Notes: generated from the letters alone by a model not told the origin. A DNA stretch of 64,000 nt from an uncultured delta proteobacterium (GCA_963810935.1 CAWEPK010000009.1:1-64000); one strand, 5' to 3'; counted from the first letter of the stretch, positions 1-10,416 are shown. Numbers and translations: made by a program.

Positions 1-2
1 GT

Positions 3-263
3 ACCCGGAAGGAACCGGAATGGGTTGATGAGTACCGCTTCAAGGACCCACGCGAGCTTGCCCTCAAGGCCATGGCAGAGGTACGCAGCCAGTTATCCCT
101 GCAGCTCGATATCTTCAAGACATTCCATGACGTGCAGGCAACAGCAGACTTTCAGGAGGATGTCCTGGAAGCCATAGGAGAGGTCAATCCGGATGTCAGA
201 AGCAAGATCGTCCAGAAGCTTAAGGAAAGGCGGACTCTACGAGGATCTATTAGCCTCAATTGA
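3..263 (+). CDS. 5'-truncated helical protein, probable terminase small subunit or DNA-binding partner
   Basis: Frame is open from the window edge (TRKEPEWVDEYRFKDPRELALKAMAEVRSQL...) and overlaps the start of the TerL gene. Function inferred from position only. Confidence 0.5.
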   Translation, partial: TRKEPEWVDEYRFKDPRELALKAMAEVRSQLSLQLDIFKTFHDVQATADFQEDVLEAIGEVNPDVRSKIVQKLKERRTLRGSISLN

Positions 264-1776
264 GCAGCGGTACGGAGGCGACGAAGCACCCCTGCCATTT
301 CATGAATGGGTGCCGTCCATTCCTATCGTCCTTGATGGCCGGCCCTTCAGCTTCGAAAGACACGAATACCTCCTGGAGCCCTATCGGGATGACCATCCAG
401 ACCAGACCGAGGAGAAGGCCGCTCAACTCGGCCTTACCTCCAGAGCCATGCTCAAGGTCATTTATGGGGCCAGGTACAAGGGGTACAGGGGTATCCTCTA
501 TCTCTTCCCGAGCAAGACCGACGTAACAGACTTCGGGAAAGGCCGTATTGACCCTCTGATCGACGAGAACCCGGAGACGATAGGGAGATGGCTGAGGGAC
601 ACGGACTCAGCGAACATAAAGCGTATCCACAACTGCTTCCTCTATCTTCGCGGTATGACGTCCCGTGTGGGGCTCAAGTCCGTGCCGGCGGACTTCATTG
701 TCTTCGATGAAATGGACGAGGCGCCGCAGAACGCCATCGACATGGCCATGGAGAGAATGGGGCACAGCGAATTCCGAGAGGTCTTCAAGCTTTCCAATCC
801 GACGCTGCCGGATTATGGCATTGATAAGGCCTTCCAGGAGACTGACCAGCGGTACTGGCTCTTGAAATGCAGGCGCTGCGGGGCCTACACCTGCATGGAG
901 GATACCTTTCCTGATTGCCTCTTGGAGCTTTCCAACGGCAGGGTGATCAGGGCCTGCCAGAAGTGCAAGGGCGAGCTCAATCCTTCAATAGGTCAGTGGG
1001 TAGCGAAAAGGCCCTCCATTACCGACAAGCGAGGCCGCCATTACTCCCAGTTGTTCAGTCATTACGTTGACCCGGCCTCCATCCTCCATCAATTCCGGAC
1101 AACGAATAACCGGACAGATTTCTATAATCTCAAGGTTGGGATCGCCTACGTAGATGCGCAGAACCGTCTGAGCGTCCAGGAGGTCCTCGCACTGTGCGGC
1201 AGCGAGGGTATAGCAAGCGAGGACCCGGGGCCCTGCTTCATGGGCGTCGACCAGGGCTCTGATCTGCACGTCGTCATTGGTAAGAGGGCCCGCCATAAGG
1301 CGGCCAAGACCGTGCACATGGACGTCTATAAGGACTGGGAGGAGCTGGACCGCCTCATGCGCAATTTTCACGTCTCACGCTGCGTGGTCGATGCCCTCCC
1401 TGAGACCAGGAACGCCAGGGCCTTCGCGCGGCGCCATAAGGGCAAAGTCTATCTGAATTTCTACAACGAGCATCAGCGGGGCTCCTATGCATGGGACGAA
1501 GCCAGTCTCACGGTGCAGTGCAACCGGACCGAGAGCCTCGATGCGAGCCACAAGGAGATATCCGACCAGGCTCTTATCCTTCCAAAGGAATGCGCGATTG
1601 TGAAGACTTTCGCGGAGCATCTGCACAACACGGCCAAGAAGCTCGAAGAGGACAAGGACACTGGCTCTAAGCGCTACGTGTACGTGAAACTCGGGCCTGA
1701 TCACTTCCGTCATGCCTTCAACTATGAGGCAATGGCCAGGCAGACCAGCCCCGTTTTCGTATTCCCGAACCTATAG
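193..1776 (+). CDS. Phage terminase large subunit, lambda GpA-like
   Basis: GpA-type Walker A KAAQLGLT, Walker B FIVFDEMDE, SNPT motif, CxxC...CxxC ribbon, nuclease motif MGVDQG. Confidence 0.88.
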   Translation: MSEARSSRSLRKGGLYEDLLASIEQRYGGDEAPLPFHEWVPSIPIVLDGRPFSFERHEYLLEPYRDDHPDQTEEKAAQLGLTSRAMLKVIYGARYKGYRGILYLFPSKTDVTDFGKGRIDPLIDENPETIGRWLRDTDSANIKRIHNCFLYLRGMTSRVGLKSVPADFIVFDEMDEAPQNAIDMAMERMGHSEFREVFKLSNPTLPDYGIDKAFQETDQRYWLLKCRRCGAYTCMEDTFPDCLLELSNGRVIRACQKCKGELNPSIGQWVAKRPSITDKRGRHYSQLFSHYVDPASILHQFRTTNNRTDFYNLKVGIAYVDAQNRLSVQEVLALCGSEGIASEDPGPCFMGVDQGSDLHVVIGKRARHKAAKTVHMDVYKDWEELDRLMRNFHVSRCVVDALPETRNARAFARRHKGKVYLNFYNEHQRGSYAWDEASLTVQCNRTESLDASHKEISDQALILPKECAIVKTFAEHLHNTAKKLEEDKDTGSKRYVYVKLGPDHFRHAFNYEAMARQTSPVFVFPNL

Positions 1777-1787
1777 GAGGGCAGCGT

Positions 1788-2477
1788 GTGAGTACTGTTA
1801 TGAAGGCCGAGAGGGATGAACAAGGATTTATAGTCCATGAGCTGAATGACGGGCAAAAGAGGCGCTATCAGGACATCAGGGCGGGTATCAGCTGGCCGCT
1901 CATGGATGAAAACCTGCCTGCCTACTATTGCATGTACGGTGAGGAGTGGGTGCCCAAGCCGCTGGACAGGGAACAGCAGCAGGGCCGGGGCAAACTCTGC
2001 TTCCTGAGCGAGTACGAGGCCCCGGACATCCTTACATCGCTTGCAGTATTCTTCGAAAGACTGACCGACGATACTGCCCTTTTCCTTTGCGGCAAATTGT
2101 GCGGCGTGACCGAGGAATTCCAGGGCGACGACTACCGCGGCTACGCTGAGAACCTTCAGACCTTTCTCTACGACAGAAAGTCCTCGGCCAGCTTGCAGGA
2201 GGCGCCCTGGATCGGCCGCCCCGATCTCGGCATATACCAGATCAACGCATGGATGAAGAAAAGATTGCTGGAGATTCCAGCCGGCTCCCTTCTAGTCGAT
2301 CAACTGAGAATGGTCCAGACTGACGCGGTGAAGGAGCTGCCTCGGCGCCTTAATGCCGTGAATGCCCTGCGATTCGTCGTCTGCAGCTTCGAGAAGGACA
2401 GGCCCAACAGGAATTCCGGCTTCGTCCCCGACCGGAGTGATCAACTCACGGACTACAGCGGAAGGAGGCGGCTCTAA
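1788..2477 (+). CDS. Hypothetical protein, possibly degenerate terminase-nuclease (RNase H-like) fold
   Basis: 229 aa ORF, GTG start after AGGAGG RBS, 11 nt after the TerL stop. Fold is inference. Confidence 0.6.
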   Translation: MSTVMKAERDEQGFIVHELNDGQKRRYQDIRAGISWPLMDENLPAYYCMYGEEWVPKPLDREQQQGRGKLCFLSEYEAPDILTSLAVFFERLTDDTALFLCGKLCGVTEEFQGDDYRGYAENLQTFLYDRKSSASLQEAPWIGRPDLGIYQINAWMKKRLLEIPAGSLLVDQLRMVQTDAVKELPRRLNAVNALRFVVCSFEKDRPNRNSGFVPDRSDQLTDYSGRRRL

Positions 2478-2626
2478 GGCACCGCAGCGGCGTCTGAAAC
2501 GGCAAGTGCCGAGTAGTCACTGCCACTTTTAAAGGGCTGGAGTAGACCGAAAATGGGCAGACGAAAGCCGAAGTAGTTTGGGTACATTGCGGTGCACCGG
2601 TCGGTGAGCCGCACTAAGGGGAACGC

Positions 2627-2656
2627 TTGACAGCCAATCTCGCTTCGTCATACAGT
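2627..2656 (+). promoter_or_regulatory. Sigma70-type promoter of integrase
   Basis: TTGACA (2627-2632), 18 nt spacer, TACAGT (2651-2656). The ORF-track TTG start is the -35 box. Confidence 0.5.
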
Positions 2657-2674
2657 CTCTTAGAGGTTTTAGGA

Positions 2675-3847
2675 GTGAAGAGGGGAGCTGTCCACTGCTC
2701 GCGCTGCAATCGTAAGGTCATGCCGCCTCAGGCGAAGAAAGGGCGTGACCGCTCTGAGGGAGTTTCCTGCCAGCACTGCCACCACTCGAACATGTACATC
2801 CGGTTTATGTGGCAGAAGGAGCTTTTCAAGCTTTACAGAGATAAGAATGGCCGGCCTCACTCTTATGCGACGGCCCTCCATGACCTTGCGACAATCAACC
2901 AACAGATCGAGGAGAGGACCTTCGACCCAAAAGAATGGTTACCCGCGGCTATCCAGGAAAGGCGGTTCGAGACTGCTATGGACAACTGGATTTTTCGGAA
3001 GGAAAAAGAAGCCGATGAGGGCAAGCTCGCTCCTTCCACCCTGGGCAACTACAAGACCTACCGAAGCAGGTACTATCTAACGTCAAGACACCTTTCTGGC
3101 CAGGACGTGAGAGATATCCGACTCAAACATCTTCGACTCTTCTATGACGAGCTTACAGGCTCGGCCAAGTACCGGAAGAACGTCATGGACGGGCTCTACA
3201 CCTTCTTCCGGTGGTTGAAGAGGTGGGGGGAGATCAAAGAGGTCCCGACCTGGCCCGAGATTGAGGCGCCTATTCAACATGAGCCGTTTACCCTCGTGGA
3301 AGACGCTCAGATTGATGTACTGTCGAGGATCCCCGAGAAGCACAGGGATATCTTCGAATTCCTCATGGAGACCGGCCTCCGCCCCTCTGAGGCGTGTGCA
3401 CTGATGGCAAAGGACATCGATCCTCACACCCGAAAAGCGTTAATCAGGCGCACGTATAGCGAGGCAGAGCTGCGGGAAAAGACGAAGCAGAAGAAGGAAA
3501 GATGGGTGGTGCTTACGGACCGGACTTGGGAACTCGTCACCAAAAACGTCGGCCGGAGCGAGTTCGTCTTCACCAACCCTGAAACAAAACGTGGCTATCG
3601 ATACAAATTCCTCTATCGCCTATGGACTGAGACAGGAACTAAGGTCGGCTTCTACGCGGGCACAAGGCATAGCCTGGGAACGCAGCTCGGCAACGCAGGC
3701 GTGCCCATCCAGGACATCCAGAAAATTCTAGGTCATGCTGATTTGAGGACCACACAGAGATACGTCCATCCCTCAGACGAGAGGACTAGGGAACTGCTCA
3801 GCCGGAGAGGAAAGGTCATCAGCCTGGACCAAGCGAAGAAGAAATGA
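2675..3847 (+). CDS. Tyrosine recombinase/integrase with N-terminal CxxC-CxxC motif
   Basis: TGLRPSE, YAGTRHS and LGHADLRTTQRY catalytic boxes. GTG start at 2675 with GAGG RBS. Confidence 0.92.
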   Translation: MKRGAVHCSRCNRKVMPPQAKKGRDRSEGVSCQHCHHSNMYIRFMWQKELFKLYRDKNGRPHSYATALHDLATINQQIEERTFDPKEWLPAAIQERRFETAMDNWIFRKEKEADEGKLAPSTLGNYKTYRSRYYLTSRHLSGQDVRDIRLKHLRLFYDELTGSAKYRKNVMDGLYTFFRWLKRWGEIKEVPTWPEIEAPIQHEPFTLVEDAQIDVLSRIPEKHRDIFEFLMETGLRPSEACALMAKDIDPHTRKALIRRTYSEAELREKTKQKKERWVVLTDRTWELVTKNVGRSEFVFTNPETKRGYRYKFLYRLWTETGTKVGFYAGTRHSLGTQLGNAGVPIQDIQKILGHADLRTTQRYVHPSDERTRELLSRRGKVISLDQAKKK

Positions 3848-4033
3848 TGCTGTAGCATAATCTTCACCCTTCCGCCTTGCTTCGCGCCCGCGTAATCCTT
3901 CCTGAAATGATGTTTTTCTCGCCTCAGTTGTCTCTACACCATTACGAGTGGCAACAGATAGGGGCTTGTAGTTTCCAAGGCAATTACTAATATCTACTAT
4001 ATATTACAGAGAATCCTCGGCTCACCGACCTGG

Positions 4034-7000
4034 ATGATGGATTGGAGGGTCCGGAGCGTGAGAAAAAGGTTCTTCTCGTGGCCCATACGCACACATTTAT
4101 CAATCTTAATCGCTGTTTTGGCGGTACCCTCCATAAGCCTGATTGTCTACTCAGGGATAACGGAGCGTCATGAAGCAATAGCCAGCGCAAAGGCTGAGGT
4201 TTTAAGGTTTGTCAATGACGTTGCCGGTCAGCAGCAGGCCATAGTTGCAGGCGCAGAACAACTGGCAACCGCACTTTCTTTGCTTTCCCCGATACGGTCC
4301 CTAAATCCCATTACCGCCACTCCCCTTCTTTCTGAGCTTTTGAGAAAAAACCCTCAATATGCCAATATCCTCGTCATCGACAAATCCGGTCTTGTCTGGG
4401 TATCGGCAGTTCCCTTTGAGGGGAATGTGTCGATGGCCGAGCGGAGGTTTTTTCAAGAGGCAGCGCGTACCGGAAAGTTTTCTTCCAGTGAATACGCGAT
4501 GGCCAAAATAGCCAAAAAACCCGTCATTACCTTCGGATACCCAGTAAAAAACGCCGCACATAAACTCGTAGGGGTAATAGGGGTTGTCCTTGACTTAGGT
4601 TACATTCATCACATGTTCGAACACCTCAGCCTCCCGCCAGGTTCATTATTCGCCCTGGTTGATCACCGGGGAACTATCCTCATGAGGAGTCCCAACGATC
4701 CCCTCTCGAAAGGCCTTGTCGGCAGCCATGACACTAGGCCAGAACTCTTTGCCAAGATGACGGAGGGGGCTAATGAAGGAACTTATGAAGCGATGGGCAA
4801 TGACGGCAAGTTCCGCCTTGCTGCCTACAAGAGGCTCAGCCTACCTCACGAATCGACACCCTATCTTTACATCCGTTCGAGCGTACCGCTGGCCTCAGCC
4901 ATTTCAAAAGCAAACGACAGAATATTCAGTAACCTCGCGGTATTTGTGTCGTTATTCATTATCGGGTTGTTCCTGGCCTGGCTTATCGGAACTCGTCTTA
5001 TCGTATACCCTGCTATGATGTTGAAGGGGGCAGCCGGGCGATTGGCTGCGGGCGCTGATAACGTGAATGTGGCTTCCGTCGTGAAAGGTGGCGAGCTTGG
5101 ACAAGTGGCTCGCGCATTCGATGGCATGGCAGAGCGTTTGATTCAAGAAAGAAGCGCCCTTCGCAAGAGCGAGCAGCGCTGGGCCACCACCCTTTCGAGC
5201 ATCGGCGATGCAGTCATAGCCACGGACGTTGAGGGAAAGATCACGTTCATGAACACCGTTGCGGAAGGGTTGACCGGCTGGACCCTGGAAGAAGCCGCAG
5301 CGAAACCCGTGACCGAGGTTTTCAGCATCATCAACGAGCAGACCCGTAGTCAGGTTGAGAACCCTGTAACGAAGGTGCTCCGGGAAGGAATGATTGTTGG
5401 TCTTGCGAACCACACGGTCCTCATGAGAAAAGACGGATCAGAGGTCCCTATAGACGACAGCGGCGCTCCCATAAAAGATGGGGACGGCAACGCGAGCGGC
5501 GTGGTGCTCATTTTCCGCGACGTCACCGAGCGAAAGCGGGCCGATAAGGCTCTGCGTGAAAGCGAGGAGAGGTTCAAGACTCTCACGCAGGCAACCTTCG
5601 AGGGTCTTGCTATCACAGAGGACGGGAAGTTTATAGATGGCAACGATCAGTTATTCCGCATGCTCGGCTATAACCGGGAGGAGATGGTGGGCAAGGATAT
5701 CTCGGAATTTATCGCGCCCGAGGATCGCGCAAGAGTGATTGACAACGTCATCAAAGGGCGTGACACCATAAACGAGCTAAACGAACACAGGATGATCACG
5801 AAAGACGGGCGAGTCATCGTAGTAGAGGGGCACGGTAAGACCGAGGTACGTAACGGCCGGAGGATGAGGCTTACCGCTTTGCGCGATGTCACCGAACGCA
5901 AGCAGATGGAGGAGGAGCTTCGCCACTCCCGGGACGAGCTTGAGCAACGGGTTAGGGAGAGAACGGCTGAGTTGCAGAACTCTCACGAGAGATTTCGTTC
6001 GCTGGTCGATCTTCTGCCGGAAATGGTATTCGAGACTGATTTAAACGAGAGGTATACATACGCCAACCGCCAAGCCCTTGAAACCTTTGGCTACACTTCT
6101 GAGAAGCTCCGAGAGGGTCTCTATATAAAAGATTTAATGGCGGAGAAGGATTACGGCAGGTTGATACGAAATATGAACAGGCTTTTAAAAGGGGAGACCC
6201 TGCCGGGCGGCGAATATACGGTGAAACGGTATGACGGAAGCGAATTTCCCGCCTTCATCCGCGCCAGCCGGACTGAGCATAACGGAAAGGTAACCGGCAC
6301 TCGGGGCATTGTAATCGACTTGACCGAATCCCGAAAAGCCGAAGAGGAACGAATGCGCCTTGGGGAGCAACTCCGTCAGGCCCAGAAAATGGAGGCACTC
6401 GGAACACTTGCGGGCGGCATAGCCCACGATTTCAACAACATGCTGGCCATCGTCATAGGCAACGCTGAGCTTGCCATCGATGACATAGGCGAGTGCTCAG
6501 ACGGGGTCGTTCATAATATCGAGCAGATATTGAACGCCTCCAAAAGGGCCAGGGACTTGGTGAAGCAGATTCTCGCCTTCGGCAGGAAGAGCCAGGGGCA
6601 AAGAAAGCCGGTTAAGCTCGGTCCCTTGGTGAAAGAGACGGCTAACCTTCTTCGGGGCTCTCTGCCGAGCACGGTAAAGGTCGAAGTCGATGTCCGTAAC
6701 GAAGCGGACACGGTCCTTGCCGACTTCTCTCAGATCCAGCAGGTCGTGATGAACCTCGCAACCAACGCGGCCCATGCAATGGGCGAAGACGAAGGCCTTC
6801 TCTCCATAAGCGTATCGGATGCCGTCTTCGGAGAGGAAGACCTCAAGCCCGACCCCGACATGCAGCCAGGAAGATACGTCGTGCTTACCGTCCGCGATAC
6901 AGGGCTCGGCATGCCAAAGCAGGTCCTTAACAGGATATTCGAGCCTTTCTATACGACGAAGGGCGAAGGCAAGGGGACGGGTATGGGCCTTGCCGTGGTC

Positions 7001-7537
7001 TTCGGCATCGTGAAGGCCCATAACGGGGCGATCACCGTGGAGAGCAGGCCAGGCAGGGGGACCACCTTCAAGGTGTTCTTTCCCTGCCACGACACCATCA
7101 CCCAGGAAGAGCCGATCAAACAAGAAGCCCTACCCAAAGGCAAAGAGAGGGTGCTTGTAGTGGACGACGAGCCGGCCGTCGTAGAGATGACTTCTGACAC
7201 CCTGAAACGCCTCGGCTACCAGGTAACGACTGCGAGCAGTGGGCAGGAGGGGTGGGAGAAGTTCGAGAAGACGCCCGGAAACTTTGACCTCGTCCTAACA
7301 GACCATGTTATGCCCGACATCACCGGCATGAGGCTCGCCGAGAAGATGCTTGAGCTGAGGAAGGACATGCCCATCATTCTCTTCACCGGCTACAGCGAAA
7401 CCGTGTCGCCCCAAAAGGCAAAGGCGGCGGGCATAGCTGAGTTCTTGTATAAACCCGTAGTTGCAAGGGATCTGGCTGAGACCGTAAGGCGGGTGCTGGA
7501 CGCCCCGGATCATATATCCGCATCCCTCACTGAGTGA
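4034..7537 (+). CDS. Hybrid sensor histidine kinase (Cache, HAMP, 3 PAS, HisKA, HATPase, REC)
   Basis: Two TM helices, AHDFNN H-box, NLATNA N-box, GTGMGL G-box, C-terminal VVDDE...DHVMP receiver. Confidence 0.93.
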   Translation: MMDWRVRSVRKRFFSWPIRTHLSILIAVLAVPSISLIVYSGITERHEAIASAKAEVLRFVNDVAGQQQAIVAGAEQLATALSLLSPIRSLNPITATPLLSELLRKNPQYANILVIDKSGLVWVSAVPFEGNVSMAERRFFQEAARTGKFSSSEYAMAKIAKKPVITFGYPVKNAAHKLVGVIGVVLDLGYIHHMFEHLSLPPGSLFALVDHRGTILMRSPNDPLSKGLVGSHDTRPELFAKMTEGANEGTYEAMGNDGKFRLAAYKRLSLPHESTPYLYIRSSVPLASAISKANDRIFSNLAVFVSLFIIGLFLAWLIGTRLIVYPAMMLKGAAGRLAAGADNVNVASVVKGGELGQVARAFDGMAERLIQERSALRKSEQRWATTLSSIGDAVIATDVEGKITFMNTVAEGLTGWTLEEAAAKPVTEVFSIINEQTRSQVENPVTKVLREGMIVGLANHTVLMRKDGSEVPIDDSGAPIKDGDGNASGVVLIFRDVTERKRADKALRESEERFKTLTQATFEGLAITEDGKFIDGNDQLFRMLGYNREEMVGKDISEFIAPEDRARVIDNVIKGRDTINELNEHRMITKDGRVIVVEGHGKTEVRNGRRMRLTALRDVTERKQMEEELRHSRDELEQRVRERTAELQNSHERFRSLVDLLPEMVFETDLNERYTYANRQALETFGYTSEKLREGLYIKDLMAEKDYGRLIRNMNRLLKGETLPGGEYTVKRYDGSEFPAFIRASRTEHNGKVTGTRGIVIDLTESRKAEEERMRLGEQLRQAQKMEALGTLAGGIAHDFNNMLAIVIGNAELAIDDIGECSDGVVHNIEQILNASKRARDLVKQILAFGRKSQGQRKPVKLGPLVKETANLLRGSLPSTVKVEVDVRNEADTVLADFSQIQQVVMNLATNAAHAMGEDEGLLSISVSDAVFGEEDLKPDPDMQPGRYVVLTVRDTGLGMPKQVLNRIFEPFYTTKGEGKGTGMGLAVVFGIVKAHNGAITVESRPGRGTTFKVFFPCHDTITQEEPIKQEALPKGKERVLVVDDEPAVVEMTSDTLKRLGYQVTTASSGQEGWEKFEKTPGNFDLVLTDHVMPDITGMRLAEKMLELRKDMPIILFTGYSETVSPQKAKAAGIAEFLYKPVVARDLAETVRRVLDAPDHISASLTE

Positions 7538-8051
7538 CCTTCCTCACGGTAACTCAGTGCTTCTTATTGGAACAGTCGATGCTACAATTATAGATGGCTT
7601 CATGCTTTTTCAGCAATGAGGCGAGCAGGGATTGCTGAGAAAACTTTTGAAGGTTGCGACGACCGAGGGCCTTGGATATAATTTTAGCGTTCCGCGAAAG
7701 GGCGGGCGGAGCGCTGTAAAAACTAAGGTTGAATCTTTCTTTTGGTAATGCTTCAAACATGGAGCCTATCGAGCAGGCTTGCCTTGTAGGTGGCGTCCAC
7801 ACTCTCCGGTATGCGCTCTTAAAAAGGATTGCCACCACGAATGGTGACAACGGCGATGACCCGGATGCCTGGGTCGTAATCCACACCTTCGGTCGGATAA
7901 GAGCCACCGAGGCTAACTTCCTGTAAGTCTCATTTTCGTTGTTTACCTTTTTGTTCCATGCTATAGATGTAAATCGTAAGACTTGGAAATAGCCAACACG
8001 GCCGCAAGGAAATAGGTCCGGAGGTAGGCAAGGATTACGAGGAACAATTAT

Positions 8052-8927
8052 TTGCTGACTTATCTCAAGCAAAATGCCAAGATAATACGCCACGATAAGC
8101 GCCCGATGCGTCGCTTACTCGCTGGGCTGATACACCGCTTGCCTTTTGATGTGGGCAGGCTCTTTCATATCACGATAAGAGTCCAGGACTACCTCATTCA
8201 CCTTCGTGTGAGCTCAATGTCTGTAGCTTTGTGGTACGATCCTAACGACAGGGCCTCCGATTATATGTTCTTAACGGGCTATCTCAAGGAGGGCGATGTT
8301 TATTTAGACGTGGGAGCGAACATTGGGACGACTCTCATTCCCGCTGCAAAATCAGTCAAGGATGGCAAAGCGATCGGCTTTGAGCCGCACCCGAGAGTAT
8401 TCTCATATCTCAAAGAAAACGTAGAGCTGAACGACCTTGTCGATGAGGTAGAACTCCATAATTGCGCTCTGGGGGATGCTGACGGATATCTGAATTTTTC
8501 ATCACTGCATGCTGATGACTACAACAAGGTACTGCTCCACGGCAAGGGGGTAAGGGTGCCCGCACAACGGTTGGATCACTTTGGAGAAAAGTATGAGAAA
8601 GTCGCTCTCGTCAAAATAGACGTTGAGGGGTACGAGAAGTTTGTAGTCAGTGGCGGCGCAGCGACACTGAGAAGAACCGAATGTGTCTACTTTGAAGTTA
8701 GTGACAAGAACTTCCAGTCATATGGATACCGGATTAGTGCCCTGTTCGAACAGTTAACCGATATGGGGTTTCTCCTTTTCGTCCAGACAGGACCGACGAT
8801 ACTTAAATCGATCAATGACACCGACGGCATGCCTCTTGGTGAAAATAATGTCTTCGCGATCAGGCACGTAGAGGACTTCGTAAAAAGGACTGGCTGGGAA
8901 GTCCTCGACAACCGCGAAAAGTCCTAG
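8052..8927 (+). CDS. FkbM-family methyltransferase
   Basis: YLDVGANIG, GFEP, LVKIDVEGYE motifs. Confidence 0.9.
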   Translation: MLTYLKQNAKIIRHDKRPMRRLLAGLIHRLPFDVGRLFHITIRVQDYLIHLRVSSMSVALWYDPNDRASDYMFLTGYLKEGDVYLDVGANIGTTLIPAAKSVKDGKAIGFEPHPRVFSYLKENVELNDLVDEVELHNCALGDADGYLNFSSLHADDYNKVLLHGKGVRVPAQRLDHFGEKYEKVALVKIDVEGYEKFVVSGGAATLRRTECVYFEVSDKNFQSYGYRISALFEQLTDMGFLLFVQTGPTILKSINDTDGMPLGENNVFAIRHVEDFVKRTGWEVLDNREKS

Positions 8928-9391
8928 CGGGCAGGTTCAGTCAAGCGGCTGGAAGGCTCCAGCCCGCAAAAGGGTTCGCGGATGCATTCTTGTTGAGGGG
9001 ACGCATCCGGGGGTTAGGGAAGAGGAGGGCGGTATGTAGAGCGAAGCCCTTAAGCGTATTCTCGTCAGGCACACATAGTTCGGGATGGGGAATAGTTGTG
9101 GTGGTAATCGCGGCTATACGATTTTGGGGCTTACGCGCGAATAGTAGGTGAAAGCCTTAACTATCTATAATAATTACCTATTACCGATATATACAAAGGC
9201 GCAGGTACGGGCTCTCGCGCGAAGTTAGTATGGGTACCATTCGAAAGTGAACAACGGGGGAACATGAGATTTCAGGACGAGGCGGCACAGTAGCGGCAGC
9301 CCCCACGAAAATTCCACATCTCCATCATCTAAACGGAAGGTTCCCGGACAACAAGATTGCGCTATCAGCAGTCCTCCCCGACGGGCTTATC

Positions 9392-10166
9392 CTACCCCGG
9401 TATCCCCGGCGAGCCGGCGCAGGCGAGGTAGACCGCCGTTTCTTGCACACCGTCGACCTCGATAAGATCATTCACCTGATCGTCAAAGAATGCACCTACA
9501 GCGCACACGCCAATTCCGGCTGCCGTTCCCGCAAGGTAGAGGTTCTGAGCGATATGACCGGCATCCATGTAAATGTAGCGGTATGCCCTTTGCCGGTACT
9601 TCCATTTACTTCTCTCTACGACGGCCGTCCATATGAAAGCAGCCTGCGCATCCCTGATCATATCCTGCCCAAGAGTCTGCCTCTGCCAGCCGCGCCGAAA
9701 GGTTACCCCGTTTGATGAACTCAAGATCAAATTTATGGGGCCTGAAGTGGTATACGCCCTGGTCGAGTTCCTCAACGTCTCTTACCAGGATGTAGGTTTC
9801 TATCGGGTAAAGTCCCCCTGCCGAGGGGGCGGTCCTGAAATACCATCCTTCTGCCACGGCCGTGAAACCCTGGGTGGCCCAGAGGAGTGACGAGAGGGTA
9901 CCGAGGGCTAGGGTCCGCGCCGGCTCGAAGATGCGCGTCGAGCGTCGTTTTGCCAAAACCTCCCAGACGCTTGTGGAGGATCCAAACCGAGGCTTCGGGA
10001 GGCTTATTCCGGCTATCGGGGACGGATAGTCCTTATACGTCGAGGGCATTTTATTCCAGTCGAGGCTATGGCCGCCTATGCTCTCGGGGCGGTATTTCGT
10101 CTCTTCCTGAAATCTCTCGCCTATGCCAGATATTTGCTTCTGTCCTTTCTCTCTGGTGTCCTTCAT
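9392..10166 (-). pseudogene. SagB/ThcOx-family nitroreductase split by a +1 frameshift at about 9676
   Basis: RRSTR and RTAPSAGGLYPIE in one frame, DAGHIAQNLYL...GAFFDD in the next. Removing base 9676 restores LAEAALGQDM. May be a sequencing error. Confidence 0.85.
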
Positions 10167-10416
10167 GAATGCCCCCTTGCGTCAGCTCCTCGCCTGACCC
10201 TATGGGTCATTGTAATTCTTACGAGCAAGCGACACAATCGTGTTGCACGATTTCTGGTGGGAAGGCACACTTTCGAAGGAAGACCCGTAAGCTCCACTCG
10301 TAGTGGAAGAGAGCTCAATTACCGCGCACGCCGCATGCTACCTTATACTCGACAAACGATTATTGTTCCGTGATTGTTACGCAACATCCATTTCTTGTTC
10401 TCCTGCAACGATGGAA

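Noticed and set aside
7554..8093. 179-aa minus-strand ORF
   Set aside because: No recognisable motif, atypical composition, overlaps the start of the FkbM gene
8928..9391. Possible cos/pac or origin remnant (ACGCGCGAA / TCGCGCGAA, AT-rich patch)
   Set aside because: Only short matches and far from the terminase genes. Cannot be supported without comparison
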